Shown: positions 1-8,993, numbered from the stretch's first letter. The stretch: 64,000 nt of DNA from Candidatus Niyogibacteria bacterium RIFCSPLOWO2_01_FULL_45_48 (GCA_001819395.1 MHMQ01000032.1:20150-84149), one strand, 5' to 3'. The notes: generated from the sequence alone by a model not told the origin. A program made the numbers and translations.

Positions 1-444
1 GGCCCCGACAAAAAGGATTTTAGGCGGGGCAGGGCGGCGGCCGTAAACATCGTGCCGTCATCCACGGGCGCTGCGGATGCCGTCATAAAAGCGGCTCCAT
101 TTATGAAAGGAAAGTTTGACGGAATTGCCATGCGCGTGCCTGTAATTTCCGGCTCATTGATTGATTTTACTTTTGTTGCGTCTCGCGAAACTTCGGTTGA
201 TGAAATAAACGATATTTTCAGGAAGGCAGCAAGAGCTCCAGAATGGAAAGGGATTTTACGAGTATGCGAGGAGCCGATAGTGTCATCTGATATTTTAGGA
301 GAGGAATACGGCTCAATAGTTGATCTGGCCTTCACTCGTGTTGTGGGTGGTGATCTCGTGAAAATTCTTTCATGGTATGACAATGAATGGGGATATGGCG
401 CCATGCTTTTGAAGCACGTTGAGAGTTTGAAGGATTATCTATGA
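1..444 (+). CDS. gap: Glyceraldehyde-3-phosphate dehydrogenase, C-terminal part (5' end outside window)
   Basis: Motifs PSSTGAA, GIAMRVP, SWYDNEWGY; frame open from the window edge. Confidence 0.95.
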   Translation, partial: GPDKKDFRRGRAAAVNIVPSSTGAADAVIKAAPFMKGKFDGIAMRVPVISGSLIDFTFVASRETSVDEINDIFRKAARAPEWKGILRVCEEPIVSSDILGEEYGSIVDLAFTRVVGGDLVKILSWYDNEWGYGAMLLKHVESLKDYL

Positions 445-887
445 AAGTCCATCTCGCGGCTGATCACGCCGGTTTTGAGCTTAAAGAAAAAATTAAGCAA
501 TTTTTGGGCGGGCTTGGGTACGAAGTTCAAGACCACGGCGCTTTTGAATATGACGAAAAAGACGATTATCCGGATTTAATAAGACCGGCTGCCGAAGCGG
601 TGGCCAAAGACCATGAAAGTCGCGGAATAATTTTAGGCGGTTCGGGTCAGGGTGAGGCAATGGTTGCGAACCGTTACAAAGGCGTAAGGGCTGCTGTGTA
701 TTATGACGGACCGGAGGAGATAATTAAACTTTCGCGTGAGCACAATGACGCCAATGTTTTGTCGTTGGGGGCAAGGTTTGTGTCTGGACAAACGGCTTTG
801 GATATGGTAAAATTATGGCTGGATACGGAATTTTCAGGCGAAGAGCGCCATAAAAGGCGCATTCAGAAAATAGACGGAGGTGAATGA
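441..887 (+). CDS. rpiB: Ribose-5-phosphate isomerase B
   Basis: ADHAGFELK, GGSGQG, HNDANVLSLGAR, RHKRRI motifs. Confidence 0.95.
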   Translation: MKVHLAADHAGFELKEKIKQFLGGLGYEVQDHGAFEYDEKDDYPDLIRPAAEAVAKDHESRGIILGGSGQGEAMVANRYKGVRAAVYYDGPEEIIKLSREHNDANVLSLGARFVSGQTALDMVKLWLDTEFSGEERHKRRIQKIDGGE

Positions 888-1015
888 TGGACCTGCTGAT
901 AGACGTTTTGTTTGAACTTAGCGGGTTGCTTGAAACATTTTACTTTATTTTTGCGATAGCGGCTGCTTGGGCCGGAGTGGTTCTTTTGGGTAAAATAGTA
1001 AAAAAATGGAGGTAA
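884..1015 (+). CDS. Small (43 aa) single-pass membrane protein, below ORF-track cutoff
   Basis: MMDLLIDVLFELSGLLETFYFIFAIAAAWAGVVLLGKIVKKWR; GGAGG at 876-880; ATGA overlap with rpiB stop; hydrophobic stretch followed by basic tail. Confidence 0.6.
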   Translation: MMDLLIDVLFELSGLLETFYFIFAIAAAWAGVVLLGKIVKKWR

Positions 1016-1029
1016 GAAATATAAGAATG

Positions 1030-1059
1030 GCCTCGCGAATTCGCGGGGTTTTTTGTTTT
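1030..1059 (+). terminator. Intrinsic terminator-like hairpin
   Basis: GCCTCGCGAATTCGCGGGGT followed by T-tract. Confidence 0.55.
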
Positions 1060-1084
1060 GGGTTAATGGATTTATACTTAAAAA

Positions 1085-1735
1085 ATGAAGGCAAAACTGG
1101 TTCCGGCGGCAAATGAGGCGTCATTTGAAGAAGTCGTTAAAAAAGTACGGCTGATTGAGGAGTTGGCCAAAGAGTTTGATCTGGACGAAATGCAAATTGA
1201 CGTTTCGGACGGCACTTTTACGCCGACGACGGTTTGGCATGAGCCGAAAGATTTGGTTGGATTTGAAACCAAATTAAAACTGGATTTTCATCTGATGATT
1301 AGTGATATGGATACGCGCGTGGGCGATTGGCTGATTGAGCCTGTTCGCAAAATAACTTTTCACTTGGAGGCGGCGCATGACCCAGCGCTCGTTTTGGAAA
1401 AAATTAAAGAATCAGGCAGGGAAGCGGGGATTGCGTTCAATCCCGAAACGCCGGTTGAGTCGCTTGAGCCGTTTTTTGGCAAAGTAAATTCTTTTTTGAT
1501 TTTGGGAGTAAATCCGGGCGCTTCAGGGCAGGGAATGTTGCCCGAAACCGCAGAAAAAATACGCGCATTAAGAAATGCGTGCAAGGGGTGTATAATAGGA
1601 ATTGACGGCGGAGTGACTCTGGAAAACGCCCGCGAACTTACCGAAGCCGGAGCGGATTATATTGTCGCCGCTTCAGCGATTTTCAGAGCCGAAGACATAA
1701 AAAAAGCGATAAAAGATTTAATAAAAATTTTATGA
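1085..1735 (+). CDS. rpe: Ribulose-phosphate 3-epimerase
   Basis: QIDVSDGTF, DFHLMI, GVNPGASGQ, IDGGV motifs. Confidence 0.92.
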   Translation: MKAKLVPAANEASFEEVVKKVRLIEELAKEFDLDEMQIDVSDGTFTPTTVWHEPKDLVGFETKLKLDFHLMISDMDTRVGDWLIEPVRKITFHLEAAHDPALVLEKIKESGREAGIAFNPETPVESLEPFFGKVNSFLILGVNPGASGQGMLPETAEKIRALRNACKGCIIGIDGGVTLENARELTEAGADYIVAASAIFRAEDIKKAIKDLIKIL

Positions 1736-2283
1736 AGAAAAAAGATTGGTGGTTCATTCTTACTGCTGGGCTTGTTATGGGAGTGATAAGGTCCATAATC
1801 TCTTATAAATATCTGGACGCTGACTATTTGGTCTTAAGCTTTGCTGGGGTTTTTATAGTAACGACGCCAATGTTTTTGCTTCTTGTTAAGTTATATCGTC
1901 TGTTTAAAGGTGAAGACCGGAATTTGCAAAATCAGGCGGAAATTTCAGTAGATAAAAAAGTATATTGGTCTCAATTTGGTAGGTTAACGGGATGGTCTTT
2001 TTTAGCTGCCGTTTCGGGTATTGTGTCTACGTTTTTGTTTTTATATTCCGCTTCCTTAGGATTTGGCGGATTGCTATTCCTCGCTTCTTTGATGTGGTTT
2101 TTGGGCATATTGTTTGTGATTTGGATGGCGTCTTCGTTTTTTATTTACCTCTCGTATAAGAATAGCCGCGACATAAACGACATAAAAAGGGGCGTCAGAT
2201 CTTTTAAATATGTTCTGTTGATACTGACGACTGTATTGCTTACAGTGGATTTGTATGTTGCTGTGCGTTGTTGTACGGGGTAG
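1732..2283 (+). CDS. Hypothetical multi-pass membrane protein
   Basis: 183 aa ORF, about 5 hydrophobic segments, inserted between rpe and tkt. Confidence 0.7.
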   Translation: MKKKDWWFILTAGLVMGVIRSIISYKYLDADYLVLSFAGVFIVTTPMFLLLVKLYRLFKGEDRNLQNQAEISVDKKVYWSQFGRLTGWSFLAAVSGIVSTFLFLYSASLGFGGLLFLASLMWFLGILFVIWMASSFFIYLSYKNSRDINDIKRGVRSFKYVLLILTTVLLTVDLYVAVRCCTG

Positions 2284-2307
2284 GTAAAATTAAATTTTTA
2301 GACAAAC

Positions 2308-3195
2308 ATGGCACACTTGCATGATGAGAAGATTAAAGAGTTAGAGAAGAAGGCGAATGAGATTCGCCAGACTTTGATTGAATCGTTAATTGAGGCGGGG
2401 TCGGGGCACTCGGCAGGGCCTTTGGGCATGGCTGATATTTTCACTTTGCTTTATTTTCATGTTTTGGAGCACGACCCGAAAAAACCGGATTGGCCGGAGC
2501 GCGACCGTTTGGTGCTTTCAAACGGCCACATTTGTCCCGTTCAATACGCGACAATGGCCCATGCAGGATATTTTTCAATCAAAGAAACCAAAACGCTTCG
2601 TAAATTAGGCACAAGGCTGCAGGGGCATCCTCATCGCACTTCGCTTCCGGGACTTGAGACGACCTCTGGCCCTTTGGGTTCCGGCCTTTCGCAGGCCGTC
2701 GGAATGGCGATTGCTTTAAGAATGGATGGCAAGAAAAACATCGTGTACTGTCTGATGTCTGACGGCGAGCACGACGCGGGGCAGACATGGGAGGCGGCAA
2801 TGCTTGCCGGCCGTGAAAAATTGTGGAATCTGGTTGCGATAATGGACAGGAACAACATCCAAATTGACGGTAACACAGAAGATATAATGCCGCTTGAACC
2901 TCTTCGCGCCAAATACGAAGCGTTCGGCTGGCATGTAATTGATGTAGGAGGGCATGACTTTCAAGAATTGAACTCGGCGATTGATGAGGCCAAGGCGGTT
3001 TTTGAAAAACCCACAATGATTATCGCGCACACCATTCCGGGCAAGGGCGTAGAATATATGGAGCGAGATTTTCGCTGGCACGGCGTTCCGCCGGGCAAGG
3101 GGCCCGAGGATAAATTCCCGCGCGACAAACAGGGCGCGGAGGCCATTAAAGAATTGCGCACATTATGGGGCAGAATAAAAAGCGAACATGAGTAA
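2308..3195 (+). CDS. tkt: Transketolase, N-terminal (TPP-binding) subunit
   Basis: SGHSAG, DRLVLSNGH, LQGHP, SDGEHDAG...N motif, HTIPGKG. Confidence 0.95.
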   Translation: MAHLHDEKIKELEKKANEIRQTLIESLIEAGSGHSAGPLGMADIFTLLYFHVLEHDPKKPDWPERDRLVLSNGHICPVQYATMAHAGYFSIKETKTLRKLGTRLQGHPHRTSLPGLETTSGPLGSGLSQAVGMAIALRMDGKKNIVYCLMSDGEHDAGQTWEAAMLAGREKLWNLVAIMDRNNIQIDGNTEDIMPLEPLRAKYEAFGWHVIDVGGHDFQELNSAIDEAKAVFEKPTMIIAHTIPGKGVEYMERDFRWHGVPPGKGPEDKFPRDKQGAEAIKELRTLWGRIKSEHE

Positions 3196-3197
3196 TT
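3162..3197 (+). repeat. Transketolase 3'-end repeat, in-gene copy (partner at 4829-4864)
   Basis: ATTATGGGGCAGAATAAAAAGCGAACATGAGTAATT; 33/36 identical to 4829-4864. Confidence 0.85.
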
Positions 3198-3200
3198 AAA

Positions 3201-3863
3201 ATGAATAATATAAACATGGGAACAAAAACAAAGATTTTTGCATTTAGTGCAATATTGACAATATCCTTAATATATCTGTTCAGTGGCTTATTTCGTTTAG
3301 GCGGGTATCTAAGCTATACATATTTGGGCGTTGACCTGTTTCTGGATAAGTATGGACCCGCTCTGCCCAAGCTAGCTTTCCTGCTTTTATGGATCTTAAT
3401 GGGTGTCGTCTTGTTAGTAATATTAAAGAGATATAAGGTTAAAAACTATGTATTGTCTAAAATCTTTTTGGTTTCTGCGTTTGAATTTTTCATATTTGTG
3501 ATCAATCTTGTGATAAGCAGTGCAGTTGGAGGTGTGCCGGGCATGACAGGAATATTTTCAGCAATGATAATAGTTTGTGCTTTGATGATTTTCTCAAGTC
3601 TGGTAAAAGATTTTGGAAACATGAAAATAGATCAATCAACGCTCGAGGCGCCGGAGATTTTGGCGAGAGATAATAGCGAGAAAAAAATCAGAAACCATAT
3701 CGTCAATCTCGTCATTATAATTTCGACTATGTTCATCGCTTGGGCTATTTTGAACTATTTCGTCTCCAGCGCGTATATACAATATTCTCTTTTTAGATTT
3801 AAAAGTCCTTATTATATTAACCCCTCCAGCTCTTTACGCCACCCAACTATTTGGGAAAAATAA
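3201..3863 (+). CDS. Hypothetical multi-pass membrane protein (AT-rich accessory gene)
   Basis: 220 aa ORF with about 5 hydrophobic segments. Confidence 0.7.
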   Translation: MNNINMGTKTKIFAFSAILTISLIYLFSGLFRLGGYLSYTYLGVDLFLDKYGPALPKLAFLLLWILMGVVLLVILKRYKVKNYVLSKIFLVSAFEFFIFVINLVISSAVGGVPGMTGIFSAMIIVCALMIFSSLVKDFGNMKIDQSTLEAPEILARDNSEKKIRNHIVNLVIIISTMFIAWAILNYFVSSAYIQYSLFRFKSPYYINPSSSLRHPTIWEK

Positions 3864-3880
3864 AAAGCGAACACCAATGA
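3854..3880 (+). pseudogene. Relic of a transketolase 3' end (GKIKSEHQ*)
   Basis: GGA AAA ATA AAA AGC GAA CAC CAA TGA versus in-gene GRIKSEHE*. Confidence 0.7.
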
Positions 3881-3903
3881 TTTTTATAAATTATAAATAT
3901 TGT

Positions 3904-3949
3904 GAAATCACGCACCGAACTTGTTCTGGTGCGAGGCGAACATGAGTAA
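3904..3949 (+). pseudogene. Relic of a transketolase 3' end (EIRGEHE*) interrupted by a 22-23 bp palindrome
   Basis: GAAATCA[CGCACCGAACTTGTTCTGGTGC]GAGGCGAACATGAGTAA; its ATG (3942) is the likely start of the next gene. Confidence 0.6.
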
Positions 3950-4820
3950 ATATTTTATAGCCAGCATTTTGATCGTTATCATTTTTGCTGTTGCCGGCGT
4001 TTACTTTCTGATAAAAGAAACCGACGTACTTGAAAATAAGGCTGGTCAAAACTTGGAACGAAATCCGGCGGAATCCGTTATAAATCCGAAAGATTATATT
4101 TTGGAGAGTTATCCCTTAAGTCAGTCGCCGATTTACGACAGTCTTGAGAAAAATTGTTTTGACCGGCATATAGCGAGCGCCAAAGACATCCGTCTCGTTA
4201 AAGATCAAAACATTTTGGTGCCGAGCTTGTTGCGTCTTGTTTATCAAAGTGAAAATCAAAAGCCCGGGTGCCTGGAATACGTTGTTTCAGTTTTTTCCGT
4301 GCCTACGGGTGGGGAATACCTGTATTTTCAGGCTTCCCTTAATCCTGATGCTAACGTAAAGTACGCAGGTCCTTTTGGAATATACGCACTGGACTTGTCC
4401 GACTTGTCATTAAAAAAATTGTCCGTATCAAAATTTGTTTTCAACTTAGACGAGTACTTGCCTATTTCGGAAGGCACTTATCAGATTTTGGCTGGGGGGA
4501 ATCAGTTGGTGGACTGGGATTCGGGAGGTGTGTATCTTATAAACTTGGAAACAGATACCAGAAGCAGTATTTATAAAACAAAAGATGGTCAATGGCTTGT
4601 TTCAAGAATAATATTTGGCATGGGGCCATATTTTGGCCACGGTGTAAGGGTTGTAAACGACGAAATTATTGTTGGGGTATATGATAAAACCAAAACAGAA
4701 GATGGCTATCCAATCAAAATAGATCAGTACGGTAATATTTTTGCAGAGTCAGCTTCCGGAGCAGTTCTACGCGAATTTAAACCCAAGTTTATAGAAAACA
4801 TAACTTTGTATGTAAAATGA
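3942..4820 (+). CDS. Hypothetical membrane-anchored extracellular protein
   Basis: N-terminal TM helix then beta-rich domain; ATG 3942 preferred over TTG 3921. Confidence 0.7.
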   Translation: MSKYFIASILIVIIFAVAGVYFLIKETDVLENKAGQNLERNPAESVINPKDYILESYPLSQSPIYDSLEKNCFDRHIASAKDIRLVKDQNILVPSLLRLVYQSENQKPGCLEYVVSVFSVPTGGEYLYFQASLNPDANVKYAGPFGIYALDLSDLSLKKLSVSKFVFNLDEYLPISEGTYQILAGGNQLVDWDSGGVYLINLETDTRSSIYKTKDGQWLVSRIIFGMGPYFGHGVRVVNDEIIVGVYDKTKTEDGYPIKIDQYGNIFAESASGAVLREFKPKFIENITLYVK

Positions 4821-4828
4821 TTAAAAAT

Positions 4829-4864
4829 ATTATAGAGCAGAATAAAAAGCGAGCATGAGTAATT
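4829..4864 (+). repeat. Direct repeat of transketolase 3' end (SRIKSEHE*)
   Basis: ATTATAGAGCAGAATAAAAAGCGAGCATGAGTAATT, 3 mismatches to 3162-3197. Confidence 0.85.
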
Positions 4865-4870
4865 CGGCTG

Positions 4871-4900
4871 TTGCGTTAAATGTGGGGGGGGGGTTATCAT
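4871..4900 (+). promoter_or_regulatory. Putative sigma70 promoter with G10 tract in spacer
   Basis: TTGCGT-18bp-TATCAT; G run 4884-4893. Confidence 0.45.
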
Positions 4901-4940
4901 TTAAACATTATTAGTTATCAATATTATAAATAATAAATAT

Positions 4941-7061
4941 ATGAAAATGAGGGTATTTGCAGCGGTCGTTACAATTATTATATTTTTAGGCGTTTTCGGC
5001 GCTCCGAAAGCTCACGCGGCATTAACCGAAGCCCAGATCCAGGCGATTTTGGGCCTTCTGCAATCGTTTGGCGCTGACCAGAGCGTTATAAATAACGTCA
5101 ACTCGTCGCTTCGTGGCGGGGTAGCGGTTGCGCCTTCAGGAACCGTACAAATCGCGCTTTTCACCGAGAATCTGGGTTGGGGGTCCACGCATCCCGAAGT
5201 TTCAAAACTGCAGCAGTTTTTAAAGGAGCGTGGATATTTTACCGGAGAAGTGACCGGAAGCTTTTTTGGCGCGACAGCGCAGGCAGTCAAAACATTCCAG
5301 TCTAAATACCAAATTGAGCAGAGCGGCTATTTCGGCCCGCAAACCCGCGCGGTTGCCAATAATATTTTACAAGGCGGGCAGACCCAGCCTTCCATCACCG
5401 TCCTTTCGCCGAATGGGGGAGAGGTGTGGGAAATTGGTTCTACAAACAGAATTGAATGGAAAAATTCGAATCTCCCCAGTGGCTCGGATCCGATAAACAT
5501 ACAATTGGTAAATGAACAAGGGGTTCTTATTACGACAATTGCTCAAGGTGTAGCAACGGGGGGTGTTTCCACAGGAGTGGGCGGGGGGGCGTATATGTGG
5601 ACTATTCCAAGTTCAATGAGCTCGGGCACTTATCGTATTAGAGTTATTTGCACCAAAGAACTTGCAGACTGTTTTTCTGGAAGCCTTCCTGTTAGCGATA
5701 CAAGCGACGCGCCGTTCAGTATTGTGGCACCCACAACGACGACCCTGCCTTCCGCCGGCTCTCTTTCTGTTTCGCTTGATTCCGCGACAAGTTTTGGATT
5801 TAGGAATGTGCTTATCGGATCAACCGGTGTTAGCCTTGCCAGCCTTAGATTCACTGCGGTCGGCGAAGATATCGATGTCAAACAGATAGCGCTTCAACTT
5901 TCGGACACCGCCCTTAACACTCCGGACGACCTTTTAAATCGAGAAATTCAACTCTACGACGGGAACGCTGTTTTGATCGGCCGGGCGGTTTTTACAACCG
6001 GCGATTACGCGATATCGACAAACATAATTAATTTCAGGGTGCCCGGAGGAGGATCCAAAGTCATGTTTATCAAGGGCGATATTGCCGCCAATGCGACTAT
6101 CGGCGACACGCTGAAAGTTGATTACGACGGCAATAATGCCGGTCTTGGAGGAAATTATGGTGTTGGTTGGACATCAGGCAATACCATTATTCCAACAGGT
6201 TCTGACACCGCTTCAGCCGGAGTTAAAATTATAAGTCCAACATCGGCAACCCAGCCCTCAATCACCGTTCTTTCGCCGAATGGCGGAATCGCCCAACTGT
6301 CCGGAGGCGCGTTTGATATTAAGTATAGAACTTCGGGTGTTTCGCGAATTGGTTTGGTTTTGATTAAAAATGGCGTGACGGTTTCTAGTGTTGGTATGTT
6401 CGACCAACTTGCCGACGGCGAGCACAGCGTGGCTTTCCTTGTGGGCCCACACAACGAACAAACTATCGGAACAGGAAGCGGATACAAAGTTAAGATTTAT
6501 AATTGGGATAACGCGAGTACTGTTGATGAGAGCGATGCTTTGTTTAGTATCGTGAAGCCGTCCCTGACCGCAAGCCTTGATGCGGGTTCTCCTGCTGGTT
6601 CTATTCTGGCGGGGACCTCCCGCGTTTCTTTAATGAGGGTTAAATTGTCGGCGGGGGATAGTGACGTGAAAATCAACGGCGTAACTATTCAAGACAACGG
6701 CGCAGGCGGCAGAATATCAAATTTAGAACTAACGACACCGACGCAACAAGATGCCGAAACTCACTTGGCCAATGGCGTTGCCATGGGCGGCGGCAGATAT
6801 CAGTTTTCGGCTCCCATCACGATTCCGGCAAACGGCAGTAAATTGCTGGACATTAGAGTCAATGTTTCGCCAACAGCATCGGGAGGCGTGTGGCTGACGT
6901 TTGAAAGTGTTCTTCATGGTTATGGCAACAGTTTGGTTGTCAGCGGTTTGGGATTTCAGGGCTCAATTCTCAACATAACCGGAACGTCGTCAATTGTTCC
7001 CAATGCCAGAAACTTTGCGAATATTTTTCAGTGGTGGCCTTTGACGATGGCTCCTCGCTAG
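4941..7061 (+). CDS. Secreted cell-surface protein with peptidoglycan-binding domain and Ig-like modules
   Basis: Signal peptide (AHA-A); PG_binding-like VSKLQQFL...TGSFFGATAQAVKTFQ...GYFGPQTR; repeated PSITVLSPNGG...SDAxFSIV modules. Confidence 0.8.
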   Translation: MKMRVFAAVVTIIIFLGVFGAPKAHAALTEAQIQAILGLLQSFGADQSVINNVNSSLRGGVAVAPSGTVQIALFTENLGWGSTHPEVSKLQQFLKERGYFTGEVTGSFFGATAQAVKTFQSKYQIEQSGYFGPQTRAVANNILQGGQTQPSITVLSPNGGEVWEIGSTNRIEWKNSNLPSGSDPINIQLVNEQGVLITTIAQGVATGGVSTGVGGGAYMWTIPSSMSSGTYRIRVICTKELADCFSGSLPVSDTSDAPFSIVAPTTTTLPSAGSLSVSLDSATSFGFRNVLIGSTGVSLASLRFTAVGEDIDVKQIALQLSDTALNTPDDLLNREIQLYDGNAVLIGRAVFTTGDYAISTNIINFRVPGGGSKVMFIKGDIAANATIGDTLKVDYDGNNAGLGGNYGVGWTSGNTIIPTGSDTASAGVKIISPTSATQPSITVLSPNGGIAQLSGGAFDIKYRTSGVSRIGLVLIKNGVTVSSVGMFDQLADGEHSVAFLVGPHNEQTIGTGSGYKVKIYNWDNASTVDESDALFSIVKPSLTASLDAGSPAGSILAGTSRVSLMRVKLSAGDSDVKINGVTIQDNGAGGRISNLELTTPTQQDAETHLANGVAMGGGRYQFSAPITIPANGSKLLDIRVNVSPTASGGVWLTFESVLHGYGNSLVVSGLGFQGSILNITGTSSIVPNARNFANIFQWWPLTMAPR

Positions 7062-7077
7062 ATTTTGTTTAACTAAA

Positions 7078-8103
7078 GTGTCGGTTAACCCCAAATCAAA
7101 ATTAGTTAAAGAAGTTTTGGACTTAAAAAAAGTCGGGCAGGCGCCGACGAGGAACGGGTATGGGGAAGGATTGGTGGAGGCGGGCAGGAAAGACAAAAAT
7201 GTGGTGGTGCTTTGCGCTGACCTGACCGAATCCACGCGTTCGGAAGCGTTTGCCAAAGAATTTCCGGAGAGATTCGTTCAAATGGGTGTGGCCGAGCAAA
7301 ATATGGCTTCGGTTGCGTCCGGCATGGCCGCGGTCGGCAAAATTCCTTTCATTTCTTCTTACGCCATGTTTAGCCCGGGGAGGAACTGGGAGCAGATAAG
7401 AACGACGATTTGCTATAACGAACGGCATGTGATTATCGGAGGCGCGCATGCGGGGGTTTCGGTGGGTCCTGACGGCGCGACGCATCAGGCAATTGAAGAT
7501 ATTGCCATAACCCGCGTTTTGCCGAATATGACCGTGATTGTGCCTTGCGATGCGGTTGAGGCCAAAAAAGCGACTGTGGCCTCGGTGGGGCTGAAAGGCG
7601 CTGTGTATCTTCGCTTTGCCCGCGAAAAAACGCCGGTATTCACAACCGACAAAACTCCGTTTAAGGTTGGACGTGCTGAAATACTTTGGGATTCAAGCGG
7701 TAGTCCCTCGCTTCGCTCGGGACGATCACGGCTTGACGTAGCCGTGATCGCTTGTGGGCCGTTGGTTCATAACGCGCTTTTGGCCGCGGCAGATTTAGAA
7801 AAGAAAGGGATCAAGGTCCGCGTTATCAATAACCACACCATAAAGCCGATGGACGAGAAAACTATTTTGAAAGCCGCAAAAGATGCGGGCGCATTAGTAA
7901 CGGTTGAGGAGCATCAGATAAACGGGGGAATGGGCTCGGCCGTGGCCGAAATAATCACACGAAATTATCCCGTGCCGATTGAATTTGTCGGAGTCAAAAA
8001 CCGCTTCGGCGAGTCAGGAGAGCCAACCGAACTTATTGAACATTTCGGTATGTCGTCAAAGCACATAATTGAAGCGGCGCGTAGGGCGATAAAGAGAAAG
8101 TAA
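7078..8103 (+). CDS. tkt: Transketolase, C-terminal (pyrimidine-binding) subunit
   Basis: ADLTES, GVAEQNM, GPDGATHQ, TVEEH motifs. Confidence 0.95.
   Translation: MSVNPKSKLVKEVLDLKKVGQAPTRNGYGEGLVEAGRKDKNVVVLCADLTESTRSEAFAKEFPERFVQMGVAEQNMASVASGMAAVGKIPFISSYAMFSPGRNWEQIRTTICYNERHVIIGGAHAGVSVGPDGATHQAIEDIAITRVLPNMTVIVPCDAVEAKKATVASVGLKGAVYLRFAREKTPVFTTDKTPFKVGRAEILWDSSGSPSLRSGRSRLDVAVIACGPLVHNALLAAADLEKKGIKVRVINNHTIKPMDEKTILKAAKDAGALVTVEEHQINGGMGSAVAEIITRNYPVPIEFVGVKNRFGESGEPTELIEHFGMSSKHIIEAARRAIKRK
7703..7723. repeat. 21-bp palindromic element in-frame within transketolase C subunit
   Basis: GTCCCTCGCTTCGCTCGGGAC within the SPSLRSGR segment. Confidence 0.55.
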
Positions 8104-8271
8104 GAAATCAACTATAAATGTAAACCCTACGTCGCAAGCTCCTCAGGGTCCTCAAAAAATATAGTCGCTACAGCTCCTTATTTTTTGGGAAATAAAAAAA
8201 ACCGCCGCGGGAAGCGTTTCCCCGCGGCGAGCGTTCTAAACGTCCCACTCAGACGTCTTTCGTGGCCAGTT

Positions 8272-8529
8272 TCATAATGTGAGTAGCAGAACAGCCGACG
8301 TCAGAATTGCGCCGATGGCCATCCCCCAGAACTGCCCCCATTCTTTCTGTTTCCAGCCAAGTTGGGCAAAAGTCAGCTGGATGTAAATTCCAAGGATAAG
8401 CATCGGGACTGACAATCCCGACACGTTCCTCGTTCTGATGACCGTTTCCAGTTGCAGAGCCCAAGCCAGCACGTTTACCACGCCGGCTGTCCACACTCTT
8501 GTTTCCAAGCTGAATATTTTTCTGAGCAC
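8272..8529 (-). CDS. SemiSWEET/PQ-loop-like small transporter
   Basis: 85 aa, 3 TM helices, Q...IRTRNVSGLS motif; GGAG upstream of GTG. Confidence 0.6.
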   Translation of the reverse strand: MLRKIFSLETRVWTAGVVNVLAWALQLETVIRTRNVSGLSVPMLILGIYIQLTFAQLGWKQKEWGQFWGMAIGAILTSAVLLLTL

Positions 8530-8625
8530 GGCGCTGTCTCCTTGCGTGGTCTCCCGTGGTTTTTGTCAAAAAACTTCCCGCCAAAATTTTCAAATCTATA
8601 AAATTGTTTTAAAAACTTTGGTGGG

Positions 8626-8658
8626 GCCCCGACGCTTCGCCTAAGCGAAGGTCGGGGC
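8626..8658. repeat. GC-rich hairpin (GCCCCGAC...GTCGGGGC family)
   Basis: Same stem arms as the hairpin nested in the 137-bp tRNA-Trp-associated element. Confidence 0.5.
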
Positions 8659-8668
8659 ATGATGCGAC

Positions 8669-8884
8669 TTACTTGTTGGAGGACCGGCTCATCGCCTGGT
8701 CCAGCAGGAAGGCAAAGCCCGCCTCCAACACGAAGATCAGTCCGCCGATCACGAGGGCGTTCTTCGTTTTGGCGAAGAACTCGACGGTGAGGCCGAAGGG
8801 CGGGGCGTTCAGCGTCAGCGTGTAGAACGCCGACCCGAACATGATGAGACCGCAAATCAACAGCGTAAATCCGATGTGTTTCAT
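8669..8884 (-). CDS. Small 2-TM hypothetical protein
   Basis: 71 aa; AAGGAG SD; TTGACA/TATAAT promoter upstream on minus strand (about 8948-8976). Confidence 0.65.
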   Translation of the reverse strand: MKHIGFTLLICGLIMFGSAFYTLTLNAPPFGLTVEFFAKTKNALVIGGLIFVLEAGFAFLLDQAMSRSSNK

Positions 8885-8993
8885 GTTCGTCTCCTTATCG
8901 TGTGTGCGAGTTTTGATCTCAATGGAACAATCCTTAAATTACTTTTTAATTATACCAAAAAATAGGCCGTTTGTCAATAGCTGAAGAAAAATG

